Below, in pieces: positions 52,601-64,000 of a DNA stretch of 64,000 nt; within the stretch, counting starts at the first letter, position 1; each line of letters begins with the position of its first letter. Below the pieces are notes generated by a model. The model was not told where the DNA came from and searched no databases. It was given only the letters and a program-made list of their open reading frames with translations. Made by a program: the position numbers and the translations under genes. This stretch comes from Fimbriosthenelais zetlandica (taxonomy: Eukaryota): the NCBI GenBank assembly GCA_977030845.1, contig OZ365113.1:13268001-13332000 (forward strand), written 5' to 3'.

Positions 52601-55600
52601 ATAGAGAATTCAAAGTTAAATCTACTGTACATAGTGATCTCGTTTGCAGTGATTAGTGTGAGCCCAGATAGTACAGTGGTTAGAACACTTGCACGTAACG
52701 CGAGAGACCCGGGTTCGACTCCCGGTCTGGCAACACCCTTTTCGCTGCGACCTGGGGCATTACTCTACCTTAAACTCTTCCATGACATTCATTTCATTCA
52801 GGTCACCAAGGGAAGCACTCAAAGTTTTGATTGCTGAAGTCTTCCCAGCAATTGGTCCACCCACGATCATCAAGCCATGACGAACCAAAATCATGTCATA
52901 GATCTAGTCAGAAAAAGATATCAAAGGCTTTGTGAAGTGGTGATAATAAAGTAAACCTTATGAAGAGTCTGTGTAAGGAAATATGTAGGGACTGGGACGT
53001 TTTTAGATTATGTATGAGTATCTAACTAACCTGAATGATCTTCTCCAGGAACCAGGGCACATTCTGTAGGTTTCTCCTCTTCATGTTCTCATAAAGGGCA
53101 TTCTCCAGCTCGCCATAGTCAGGTTTGGGTAGCTGTACACCAGGGAAGAGATCAGAGATGATCCCCTCGAACAAGGGAATATCTTGCTGAAGGAACTATA
53201 AAGAAATGGTAACATTGACAATTGTAACATTCATCAGGGTTCCCACAGAAATCTGAAAATGAATCTCGAATGACTTTTCGAGGACTTTCCAGATCGAAAA
53301 ATGGCAATTTCAAGGACATTTATTCAGCGATAGTACCCTCGCTATTGGCGAGAGTCTGCGGAACACCCTGATTACCTTAGGCAAGTTGACATCATTGATG
53401 GACCTAAGTAAGAGCACGTCCTCTCGCTGTTCTGGATACTTGAGCTTCAAATTCCCAGCAGCCGTGAGCACCGACTTGACAGCTCTCATTCCGTAATCAT
53501 AATGGTGCTGGGATGAAAGCTACAAGAAAGCAATGTAGGCAAGAAGGCAAGTATAAAGACTTAAGATTCATGCTCTTTTCGAATCAGAACAAATCTTGTT
53601 ACCCACATGATTACATGTTAAAGGCAAAATATAAAAGGACTCTCGTTATCTGAGGCAGTTGAGAATGAAGGATACCTGCTCCGAACACAGTGTGTATGTG
53701 GCTACAATCTTGGCAGCCAAACTTCTGGCTTCAATAAAGCCCATGGAGTAGAGCGATATCTCACTGATGAGGGCATAGTCTGGTACCATCATGGCAACAG
53801 TCCTGAACAGAACCTGAAAAGAGACAGCTGTACATTAAATTTTATGACGGTTTGAAAAGCCGCGTCCAAAATACAGTAACCAAGCCGAATATAACAAGAA
53901 GGTCAATGTTATGTGATTTTTGTACCTTGAGGTTGTCTGGAAGTTCAGCTCTACCCGCATACCCAGGATTCATTGTGATGAAGATGGTACAGGAAGGATC
54001 TAGGGAAATCTCTGTACCTTCAAACATGAAAGTCTTACATTGTGCAGCAATGGCTCTCTGGATGCTTTGCACTTGTTGGGCTATCACTGATAAAACCTGG
54101 AATTAAGTGGCAAAGACCATGAAAATGTCAATAATACCACCTTACATTAGCATACATATCATAACCATCTATCTAACATAGACTGACCTCTAACTCAATC
54201 CTATTGAATTCGTCAAAACAGGCCCAGGCCCCAGACTGTGCAAGGCCTTTGAAAAACTTCCCCATGGCCTTGTAGTCCAATCCATCAGAACAATTGAATA
54301 CAACGCACTGAAAAGAAAAATGACAAAATTTTATATTCCTAAATTAGTAAATTAAAACAGCTGAGGCACATGATAATCTAGTAGCAAACCACAAATACCT
54401 GTTTGGCGACTGCTTTCGCCAAGTCTTTGCAGGTCTCAGTTTTGCCAGTACCAGCCGGACCTTCAGGTGCCCCACCGAGATTCAGTAAGAGTGCTCCCAT
54501 CAATGTCCTGTAGCATCTGTCAGTCAGTGTGGTGATGACCAGCCTGCCAGTGTTACCCAGGTACTCATAACCATAAGGTACAGTAGTCGTGATCATTCGC
54601 ACCAGTACTCGCCGATCTTCCCAGTAATATCTCAACTGACTGATCCAGTTAAAGTCAAGGATGTCTGTTATTCCAATCTCCTCCAGTTTGGCAACTACAT
54701 CCCTGGCTGGAAGAAGTAAATCGCTCATGAAACTGATAGCAACCAAGGTAGGACAAATGCTGATATCTCCCACTAAAATATTATGAGTCAAAATCCTACC
54801 ATGGACATCAATGACAATGAGAGCACCAATGGTCGTCCTTGCCATTTTTGAGAGCTTCCCTCGTACTAATCCAACTATTTCCTCGATCTGTTTGTTGCTT
54901 TTAGTGAGATAGCTGCTCAAAATATTAGTCTGAATCGCCTAAAGCAGAGGGGAAAGTGATAAACAGAAATTCAGTAACTATAGGCTTGGTGATATATGAA
55001 CCTCATCTCAATTTGTAATTCTTAGAATTAGTGAGAGCAATATACCGGTATACATGACAAAAATGTCACATTAATTTCTTACTTTTGTGACTTCTACAGT
55101 CCAGTGCACAGTGGAAGCAGCCAGTACCACTTGGCCAGGCCAGCTTACAACCCATTGTGAACGAGGGGTCTTGGTGTAGGCTTCCACGGCCTTGCTAGTG
55201 ACCTCTTGCAGTGACAACTTCATGACTCTTTCTACCTGTCAACAACCGCAATAAAAAAAGTTTTACTGCAAAACAGCACTTTGGACAGCCAAAATGTGTT
55301 CCAGATTACAATTATATCAAGGACCATGATTACATCTTTTCACACTCACCTGAACCAGCCATATTTCTACCAGGCCTTTAGCATCAGCTGGGGTTATAGT
55401 CTGGGGGAAGTCTACCTTTTCTTTCTCAGCTGATTCCATGGCAACAATCACTTTGGCTGGTGTAAAGGTCAGTTGAGCAATACCTTCGAAGCATTTCTTC
55501 AAATGGGGTTGAACCCGGAGAGGATCTTTGGTCTCAGAGAGAATTTCAAGTAGTTCATCATTTGACAAGAAAAAGAATCTGCAACCAGGTAATGAACAGA

Positions 55601-58600
55601 ATGAGACAAGAAATTAACCACAAAAGACACAGACAATGACGTGAAAAAGAAGCTTTTCCATTCGAGTACAATACTTACCGGGGGAAAAAGAGACGCTTCT
55701 TTTCGAGATACTCATTGAGGCCTCGTTGAATGTCATCTAGCATACCCTACAACATAATGATAATAATACCAGTGGAGCGAAGCTTCACGAAGAGGACCGG
55801 GGAATAGTTTTGATAATGATAAATGATAAAATGATCAAGAGGGAGTACCTACTTCAGAATGCTGTAGTTTCTCTAACATCTGTGGCTGTGACGTCACTAC
55901 CAATGCTCTCGTGTCATTCACAGCAGCGTTCATGATTGTTTTCCTGTAAAAGTGTCAGTAGTGTGTAAAAATGTCTCATTCCTCATTATACATTCCGAAA
56001 GATACTTATAATACTTACCAGTGACCGTCCACTTCTTCAAACATTTTCCCCTCGACTGGTATTTGGTTCCTGATATCCTGAGACCCAAAGATAGGCTCGA
56101 GATAGAGCCAGGCAGCTTGAACCTTCAACCAGGAGTCCAGGATGGCCTTCATTCGATGCTGCAACAAATAAAAGGACCATAATAAAACTACCAAAATCAA
56201 AATGTAGAAGACCTGGCCCTCATGTAAATATTCCTCACCAAGTTGTGATCCCAGTCGTTGATATCCTTCTCAAAAGGTTTAATGAATGGTGAGTTCTTCA
56301 TGGTGGTAGTCTTCACTATATGATCATCCAGCATCACCTGTACATCATCTATCGCTGCTAGGATGCTTATGTCGGTGTCTTTGTATGGTACAAAGTTAAA
56401 CTTCACCACCTCCCAGTCAGACTTCATCTTGGAGAGAGCCTAATTATTATAGGAAAATAGCTTGATCAATTATTTCATTTTGACATACTGGCAGCGGACT
56501 TTCAAGTGGTAAGTCATAGCTCCATAGCAGCAAACCTCTCTAGATCACAATGTAACATTATTTTGTGAAATATGTAATTTGTTTACCTTTTCAAGGGCAT
56601 ACTCTTTGCTAGCCTGGCTTGATATCTCTGACAGGGGATCCAGGAACTTCTCCAGACCCATCCCAAGAAATTCAAGTAAGGGTGTTTCATCTGTTGGCTC
56701 AATATTAAAGCCCACCTTAACAGAGGAAAGAGGAAATCAAGCATACAATTCAAGAGACACTGTACACTTAACATTATATCACATATTACAGTAGGTTCAC
56801 GTATTTACCTTTTTGCTCATCATGTCCCAGTGCCTGTGTTTAATACCGGGATTACACAAGGCGTTGATGAGAGGCATGTTTATCTTGAACTTCTCTAGTT
56901 TACCTTTGATGGCAGTGGAAGCTCTCATAGGACCTTTGTAATCTGGATGAGCAAATAACTTTGTGAGCTTGTATGCAGTCCTCCAGATAGTCTGTACTTC
57001 CTCCTCCACTTCCTCGGCATTAACCTGCATGGTAAAACAAGTAACCAAATTGAGTTCTGCCATTAGGAGCAACTGATGAGCTCATAAGAGACCCACCCAG
57101 AGTCTTATTAAGTGAGATTATATTACCTTATCTTACTCTAGTCCAGTGTATAATCAGTACAGTGGTAGTATTGGTGAGTGTGGACTTTTTATGCCTCGTC
57201 TCTCACATATGACTCCTAATAATATTAACTAGTTGAGAAACTTACATGTAAAAGAGGACCATTCATCCACTTGTCATGGTAAGTATGAAATTTGACTGCA
57301 GCGCTCCAGAGTTTGTCATAATTCTCCTTGGCATCTTGGATCACCTGAATCTGAATATAGGATGTCTGCTCTCCTACACCAAGCATCACTTCTTCACGGT
57401 TGATTTGCACTTTCTGAAGAAGGAGAAATTAAGAATTGTACTTCATTTTCATCATATCCAAAGTATGATCTAGAACTGGCTCATTGAAAACGATTATGCT
57501 TTTCTTCAACTCTGTAATGAAAAACTAGTAAAAAATAGACCTCCTTTGTGGCCTCCTCCAATTTCCTGGCTATCTCATCCAGTTGTGCAACGTAAGCTTC
57601 TGCTTCGGACATTCTATCTTTGGCCTTGAAATCTGTGACTTCTTTCTGCAGGCCGTCCAGTCGCGCTTGGAACTTTTTCTTCCAGTCGTTTAGCTTCCCA
57701 CTCGCAATATCACGTTCCTTCATCAACTTGATCTCCCTTTAAGCAATATGAACATTATTACAATGGTTTCGGGTCTTCACTTCCAATGTTACAGGATAGG
57801 AACAGATACATAAAATGAATCTTACGTGTTTCTAATCAATGGCAGTATCCTATCAGGCCAGCTGAAGGTATTATCATTGAGGAGAATGTCATCTTTGGAC
57901 AAATAGGCATAATCCATGAGGAACATCAGGTTCTCACCAGCAAGTTCCTGCTTCTCCTAAGATTTCAAAATATAAAACATTTCCTAGTTAGTATAGGCCT
58001 ATACTGTAATCACAAGTCATATCTGGGATGGTTGGATGGTTAGGTGAGTTAACATTGGATGTATTTTCGGGATGAGGCTTACCCTCAGCTCAATGAGTTC
58101 TTGGACGTGGAGATTCTCTACGTAAGCTTGTTGCCTGACTAGCTCCTCAGTGGTCTCAGACTGGGCAGTGATTTTCCTGACTATTCCATCATACTGAGTA
58201 CAGATTGACCTGTTAAACTTGCTGCTTATTGCAATGATGTTGTTTGTCAGTATGCCACAAAGGTGGCGTGCTCTATCTATCATGAACTAAAACAAAAAAC
58301 ATATATTTGTTTAGTAAGACCCAAGGAATTCCTAATTCTGTCGGATTATATTCCAAGAATGTCAAGACGAATCCAGTTCAGGAGTTGTATAATAAAAATG
58401 AATGTTCGTACCTTATTGAGATGAGTGCAGACAAGTAGGAAGGCATTCATAGGAACATAGATGGGAAGGGAAGCAACCTGAGATTCCATGGATTTTAATT
58501 TGTCCAGTTCCTTTCTGTACTCACGTAGTGAGTGGTCTCTGCTTATGAACCTCTCCATACCACGATCCGATTCATCCTTCAGGAGGTAGAGATATGGCTC

Positions 58601-61600
58601 ATACACAGACCTATATCTAAGTAAATAAAAATCAAGTTTTCATGAAGATGCAAGATTCAATCAGTATTCTTAACAGAATTATTTGATAAAATGAACAGAA
58701 GCTGTGCACGAGATTGTGGAGTAGGCCTATCACATGGGAATTATTGAGATTTAAAGTTACCTCTTAGGGCCAACACTGTTAGCCTCTATGACCTTCCTAA
58801 GCTTGTGTTTGGCCAGCAAAACAACTTCTTCTTGCAGCTTGACTGAACTGATTGTCTTCGTTTGGAGCTCGTCTACTGGTTGGAAAAGCAGCTCGTCGAC
58901 CTGAGGAAGGTTCTGAACACTCAGCACCACAGTGTCAACAATCTGATCCAACATGTCACCCATCTCTTCTACAGTTGGCGAGAATTTCATACGACCACAA
59001 CCCATGTCTTCTATCTGAAATATTAGAATTTTTAAGATTACCACAAGAGAGGATGAACAGTATAACAATATCATTGTATTGCACCTTTTACTATTTACAC
59101 TTGCTTTGCTATCTTACCAGGAAGAACTGGAGAGGCAGTAATTTATTAGGCAGCCCTAAATGATTCATGATGTCATATTCTCCTTCATAGTTGTTCCCTT
59201 TGGAATATTTCTCCATAAGAGCAACAAGGTCATGAATGGAATCCTCGACACACGTCCTTAGAAGATTTGACATGAGGGACGAAATAGAGGCGAAGAAATG
59301 GTCCATTCTGTTCATTCTTTGTTCCTGCAATAGTCAGGGGAATTTAACAATGCACTCAAAGAACTGTGGCATTTCATAGTTCTACCAACCGGATAAGATA
59401 AACTTAGTTTTAAAGAATCGATCCTCATATTAGAAATTACGGAATAAATATTTTGTTTGTCCTATTTATTAGAAGTATAATGATGGATGAGTCCTCTGAA
59501 ATTACTGTTATTTCTGATTCATGCAAGACTATAGTAACATTTATACATGCTCTTTACACTTTTAACAAATGAGAGTATATGGTCATCCATGCTTAATGTA
59601 CAAGAAAGTTCAAATAGGCAAAACATAGCAAGCATTATGATAAAACCCTTGATATTTTTTCATGCTTCAAACAAAAGGGATTCTGTTACATGCTGAACAT
59701 GAGATTAGCCTAATATACTGGTGGGATTCTAGGAAATGCAATGAACAAACTACCAACACCAGCTATGGGGTTCAGTGGCGGATCCAGTGAAAAGCAGGAA
59801 AAGATTTCTTAAATTAAACATTTTCTAGGGTGAAAGATTGAACATGTACATCTAGCCAACCACCCCCTCCCCCCAACCCACCCGACGAACCCCCTTGCAA
59901 AATCCTGGATCCGCCCTTGTGGTTTCCCTTCCATGCCTATACACATGCATGGAAGATACTGTTCATGGAAAAAACATGCACACTAAATGAAAGACTGATT
60001 CAGCCAAAGTATCAGCACGTCAGCCCTCACCTTTCTAGGTAATCTAGGCAAACCTCTTTTCCATCGCAACTATATATAGTCAGGATACAAGAGTGTTACC
60101 AAGGAAACAGAATGAAAATGGTTCAATTATTAATCAATTTCCTAATATGCACTTCACAAAATTTGCATGTACATGTCATTCACCTATCACTAAGATAAGC
60201 AAGGAATTTTATCGGATTTTTTTTCTTAGAACTAATAGCAAATATAATAAAATACATACAGATTAAATAAAATGCGTTCAATATAAAAAAGAAAAATATA
60301 TTCCCCACGGTACCTGGTCTTCTGCTGGCATGAGTTCCTCTATATCCTCCCTGTAACTGTCAATGATAGAACAACACTCAACTAGCCAGTCAGTCCTCAG
60401 TGTTTCTGCTCGTTTCCGGCTTGAATCAGCCACGTGTTGGGTGAATGATTCCATCGTGACTGGCATGATCTTTTTCAGGCCTGGGATGTCTATCAGCCTG
60501 AATGTACCATACCTGAAAAAGAGAAATTAGCACTAAAAATACGACTGGTCAGTACAGGCAATGATCTTGATCTTGAAAGGGCAATTGCGAATAATGTTAT
60601 TATTTTTGTTTCGTCTATAGTGACTTACTTGCTCACAGAATGGTAGAGGATACTTGGCATGACTGGATGAGTGATGAAAAGATCTGTTTCAGAAAACTGT
60701 TTCACTGTCAGGAGTGACTCGTGCCATGGGAAGCTGTGTCTTCCCGCAGAGTTGGATGACTAAAGGAAAAAATAAAACCTCTTAGAAAATGTGATATGTT
60801 TTACTCCCCATAAGAAGAAGATAACATAGGCGTAGATCATTTGGTGGAAATGGGTGAAAATAACCCACCTTTTCAGGTAGAATGATTTTGAGACGGTCTT
60901 GTTCCTTTTGGTCAAGGAGGATATAATCTAGAACAGACTTTTTCACCGAACGTCGATATTCTTCCTTGGTTTCAATCATGAATGCACGTTTGGCCTCCTG
61001 AAATATGAAGTAATTAAGACCAATGATCCAGTGATATTAATCTCAATATTGGTAGGAAACGGTTTTCTGTAATATCGTCTAAGTTAAGTTAGAAAACTGC
61101 TATGAATACACACCTGCAAAGTGAGAAGGGTTCTCGGAACCATTGAATAAATATTATTGATCCAATGATGAGCCAAAGGAGCTGTCATGTCATCATCAAT
61201 GTTCTCCTCTATCATGTCCCAATATCTGCATGAAAAAGAAACATTTTATGAACAGAACGTAAGATAGTTATATGTCTGTTATAGATGGGGTATCTTTAGG
61301 CCTACTCAAAATCAACCTTAGTTCAGTTATAATCATTTCATCACGACATTTTTCATAGTAAAGCATACTTTTTTGAGTCGTCCTCTCTGGGTGTTGGAGG
61401 TCGTGTGAGTCCATGTGTTGAGAAATAAAATGGCGGGAATACCACATCTAGACAAGCCTGCTCCATGGGATCATGACAGCGAAGTCTCTCCTCATCCGTC
61501 ATCTCCTCCCACGGCTTACCAGACCCTCCTATCTTAACTGAAACTGAAATTTGTCAAAAGCTTTCAAGACTAAATTAACTAAACAGACATGTATATGAGG

Positions 61601-63346
61601 AATTCACCTCTTTGAGGATGACACTGTACCTTCCTGGTGCGGTAGATCTAGGTCTTCTTGTTGCTCATGGTCTGGACTGCCTTGATGAGCCACTCTCGGC
61701 TTCCGCCGCGTTCCGGCTGACTTTGATCGCCTGGCTGACTTTGGGTAACGGAGACCCTCCACTGGTTGTCCATCCTTGTCTTCAGGTAGAGGTATCTTCT
61801 GGTGAATGCGGGTATCAGTACCTGAGAGGTACCTGAAGAAATCACCAGGCGTGCTGCCTCGCCTACTCTGCCTTGGACTGCTGTCCCTCTCTGTGACTAA
61901 AATGTGAAAACATTGCCTTTTCCAATAGATTGTAATAAAATGATACAATGGTTAAATTATCAGAGATCATATACCGGTCAGAAACAGAGGTTAATTAACT
62001 TAGACCTGTTTCTGTGTGATGCTCCCAGTTTTTCCTCTGTCTTGGAGTGTGAAGAGTGACTCCAGGAATATTTGGTAGAGGTAGTGAGACCCCTTGAGGT
62101 AAATCCTGCCCGTCTTGACTTGCGTCCCTGTCTCCACCAGCCTGGCCTCTAGCATGTCCTCCGGTCTGATATCCAGGGTATGACTGATGGGTATTGGAAT
62201 CCTGTCCGTAATGTTTAAAATTTTCATGGCCATAACTTACACCACTTCTGTAGGTATGTCCTGCCTTTGTAACATTCAGTTGTTCCTGACTGGCATACAA
62301 TGGGTTCTGGTTGATACCAAATCTTCCATTTCTAGAAAATGAACATTTACGGTTGTGTTTTAAGAATTATCAGTTGAGTCATTAGCCTTATGAATCTATA
62401 CTGTTCTTATAGCATGGGGAAAGGAAACATTCTTAGAGGTGTTGCAGTCATGAAAGCTTCCTGATTATCAGTGTGAATTGATACGTGTTCTTTCAGTATT
62501 ACATGCAAATAATTCTTGAATTTTGTTCTAGGGGTGTATAGCAACAATCAGTGAAATGTTCATTAGAATTCACCCAATCATTAACAGTGAGGTATCAATC
62601 TAAATGATTGAATATCTGGAAACAAATCAATGATTATCAAGTCTTATATCAAGCAACCCTTCCCTTGGGTTAAGGAAGCAATATCAGATCAATCAATATT
62701 ATTTTTGCAATTAGGTAAAGGGGATATTGGGTTGTGCATGCAGCAATGGGCTGGGTTATCAACAACTTGTGTTACCTCATTTGAACCTCTATTGTTCCAC
62801 TTTGACCAAGGAACAATTGCATAACCTTTCCCTGACTGGAAATGAGAATCAAGCAACATTAAATCTACATGGGGGATTTTTGATGAAGTGACAAATATTG
62901 ACTAATACAATAGAGATACTGTTGCAAAGATAAAAGATAAATAAAGGTGTCTAAATAATAGAAAATTAAACTTACTGCCTTTTGACCATGAATCCATCTT
63001 GTGATTTTCTTGGAGACACTGTTTCATCCGTATGCACTAAAATGAGTGAGGTAAGGTGAAGAAAACGAGGTGAGGTGATGCGATGCACGAAAAGAAACAG
63101 AAACGACCAAATTATTCTTTAAAACAGTAATGGCGAAATAAAACATAATGAGTGTAGGGGAAATGGCAAGAAGTGTTTCTTACAGAATTTGGTCGTCTCA
63201 TAAATGTAGGATGTGGTTAGATTTTGAGCTGAAGGACTGTAATTATTGCCAATGGAATCGCTGGCTTGGCGATGAAACTTCCGTTCTTTGTAGGGTGTGG
63301 CTTGCGTGCGGGAGCCTTGAAGGAGAACGCGGGGATTTGGTGATAT
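34683..63346 (-). CDS. DNAH3: Axonemal inner-arm dynein heavy chain, DNAH3-type, ~79 exons; 5'-most exon(s) not located (may lie upstream or outside the window)
   Basis: Continuous frame across GT-AG junctions from exon 63346-63184 to the last exon ending ...[17 protein letters not shown] (34683). P-loops: AAA1 [11 protein letters not shown]2 [11 protein letters not shown]3 [11 protein letters not shown]4 GIGGSGRQ; stalk and MTBD exons are present. Features matching my recollection of DNAH3 rather than DNAH7/12: N-terminal [12 protein letters not shown], tail [28 protein letters not shown], and [11 protein letters not shown]...[17 protein letters not shown]. Dynein identity is certain; the paralog assignment is less so. 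Confidence 0.9.
35378..35956 (-). other. U12-type (minor spliceosome) GT-AG intron in the dynein C-terminal domain
   Basis: The 5' splice site is GTT|GTATCCTTTT. The branch-point-like CACTTAAC has its A ~11 nt before the 3' AG, with no polypyrimidine tract (cgttataag|ATCTGG). It joins ...YDTVPV|IWLKP in frame. Confidence 0.85.
41014..41444. mobile_element. Non-autonomous DNA transposon (MITE-like) in a dynein intron
   Basis: 11-bp terminal inverted repeats CAGGGCTGTAT...ATACAGCCCTG, flanked by a direct repeat CTGAT (41009-41013 and 41445-41449). It has subterminal G/C runs and no ORF. Confidence 0.75.
48950..48973 (-). CDS. Candidate 24-nt microexon (REHELRQM)
   Basis: ctctgcttttgtgtgatacgcatttag|AGGGAACACGAGCTGCGCCAGATG|gtaaga; phase 0 to 0, no stop. 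Confidence 0.5.
49089..49144. repeat. Perfect 28-bp tandem duplication
   Basis: gagacatatttaacacaagttgaaattc x2, intronic, between the two candidate microexons. Confidence 0.9.
49285..49293 (-). CDS. Candidate 9-nt microexon (DIK)
   Basis: Long pyrimidine tract ending tacctatattttcag|GACATCAAG|gtaact; phase 0 to 0. Confidence 0.55.
49865..50009 (-). CDS. Dynein exon 'B' (AAA2 small domain), canonical member of a duplicated exon pair
   Basis: gggcag|A CCG...GCT AAG|gtataa, 145 nt, phase 2 to 0, (R)[48 protein letters not shown]. It is required to link ...GKYPR to VNELII.... Confidence 0.9.
50379..50529 (-). CDS. Dynein exon 'A': divergent duplicate of exon B (candidate mutually exclusive exon or pseudo-exon)
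   Basis: 151 nt, same phases, stop-free: (R)[50 protein letters not shown]|gtctgc. It is preceded by a pyrimidine tract but has TG rather than AG at the homologous acceptor. Confidence 0.6.
52662..52732 (+). pseudogene. tRNA-like Pol III element (tRNA pseudogene or tRNA-derived SINE head), antisense in a dynein intron
   Basis: GCCCAGATAGTACAGTGGTTAGAACACTTGCACGTAACGCGAGAGACCCGGGTTCGACTCCCGGTCTGGCA. It has a perfect A box (TAGTACAGTGG) and B box (GGTTCGACTCC), T-stem CCGGG/CCCGG, anticodon stem CTTGC/GCGAG, loop ACGTAAC (GTA, lacks U33), an acceptor stem one G short of perfect, and TTTT at 52739-52742. Confidence 0.75.
59773..59919. mobile_element. Short MITE-like element in a dynein intron
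   Basis: Imperfect terminal inverted repeats CAGTGGCGGATCCAG...CTGGATCCGCCCTTG (13/15 match) and C-rich subterminal runs. The flanking direct repeat is imperfect (gggtt/tggtt). Confidence 0.6.
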
Positions 63347-63487
63347 CTATAAGAAATATATATAACTGATGAGAAAATAACCTCCGACAAGGCGGATGTG
63401 AATAATATTTTATAGAAATTATGAGAACTTTCCTCAAGCCTTTAAAAATTCCCATAGGGAGAATAACAATTTTTATCGCGTAAGTAG

Positions 63488-63491
<4 letters not shown>

Positions 63492-63521
<30 letters not shown>
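63492..63521. repeat. Poly-C tract (30 nt)
   Basis: Homopolymer just upstream of the 5'-most located dynein exon; the length may be unreliable. Confidence 0.85.
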
Positions 63522-63529
<8 letters not shown>

Positions 63530-64000
63530 CATACTTAAACGTTTTTTGTATTTTCCTTTTTTGTTGGGGGGGGTATTGGGGGTACCCTGAAACTTCCAAT
63601 ACGGACCCTAAATTGTGTGCTTATAGACCTTTTACCACCTAGCTACGCGCCCGGCCCTGACGCACCGCCCTTAGTTGGCACGAGTGCAGTTAAAGCTAAC
63701 ATTTTAGGCTTGCAGATCTAAACCATATGTAAACACTCAGGTACCCCTTGTTCCTATAAGCTCTGACTACCTGACCTTATGTTCCATTTGCGTACTCTTG
63801 ACTAACCAAAGAATAAACTTTGGTCACAACATGACTGGCAAACATAGAAAGCCATGCATTACAACCTGGGGTAAGGTATATTACATTATGAAAAACTATT
63901 CTGCCAGTTTTACAAGCTATTCATTGCCAAGAAGTAACATTTTATTGAGTAATCTTATAATGTTAGAGGAAATGCAAGGACATAACAACCCTATCTTTGT

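Noticed and set aside
61608-61660. Apparent frame conflict (TAG in the frame using the gtgaat donor) suggesting a dynein frameshift or readthrough
   Set aside because: Resolved by the upstream phase-1 donor GAA G|gtacag at 61629; GTACAG donors are used elsewhere in this gene.
62664-62678. Perfect U12 branch-point sequence TTCCTTAAC followed by AG in a dynein intron
   Set aside because: There is no U12 donor upstream, the spacing to AG is short, and the downstream frame hits a stop.
15756-63346. Direct physical link between the LC8-binding RING protein and the neighbouring DNAH3
   Set aside because: Single-headed inner-arm dyneins are established to use actin plus p28/centrin rather than LC8, so proximity alone is not evidence.
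1-64000. CRISPR arrays, operons, rRNA, autonomous transposons or endogenous viral ORFs
   Set aside because: None seen; the window is eukaryotic and the long ORFs are accounted for by host genes.

Overview
Eukaryotic (metazoan) genomic DNA, AT-rich with mostly short introns. A marine invertebrate is my inference from gene content and style. There are no prokaryotic features. Four genes can be reconstructed. (1) A 3-exon minus-strand gene (18497->15756, ~554 aa) joins a C3HC4 RING domain to about nine tandem LC8/DYNLL-type xQT motifs and two C-terminal hydrophobic helices; the ORF track splits it into three apparently unrelated ORFs. (2) Head-to-head with it across 594 bp is an 8-exon BTB-BACK-Kelch gene (19092->23424, ~709 aa). 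(3) A convergent rolling-stone-family membrane protein gene (30408->23749, ~728 aa) carries a ~470-aa basic insertion. (4) A DNAH3-type inner-arm axonemal dynein heavy chain of ~79 exons (63346->34683) has an unresolved 5' end. The dynein gene contains a frame-enforced duplicated exon pair plus candidate microexons at the AAA2/AAA3 junction, one clear and one ambiguous U12-type intron, an antisense tRNA-like Pol III element and two MITE-like inserts. The first 15 kb holds a partial proline-rich minus-strand gene and otherwise unassignable sequence. All splice models were derived by eye from GT/AG signals and frame continuity; none is transcript-validated.
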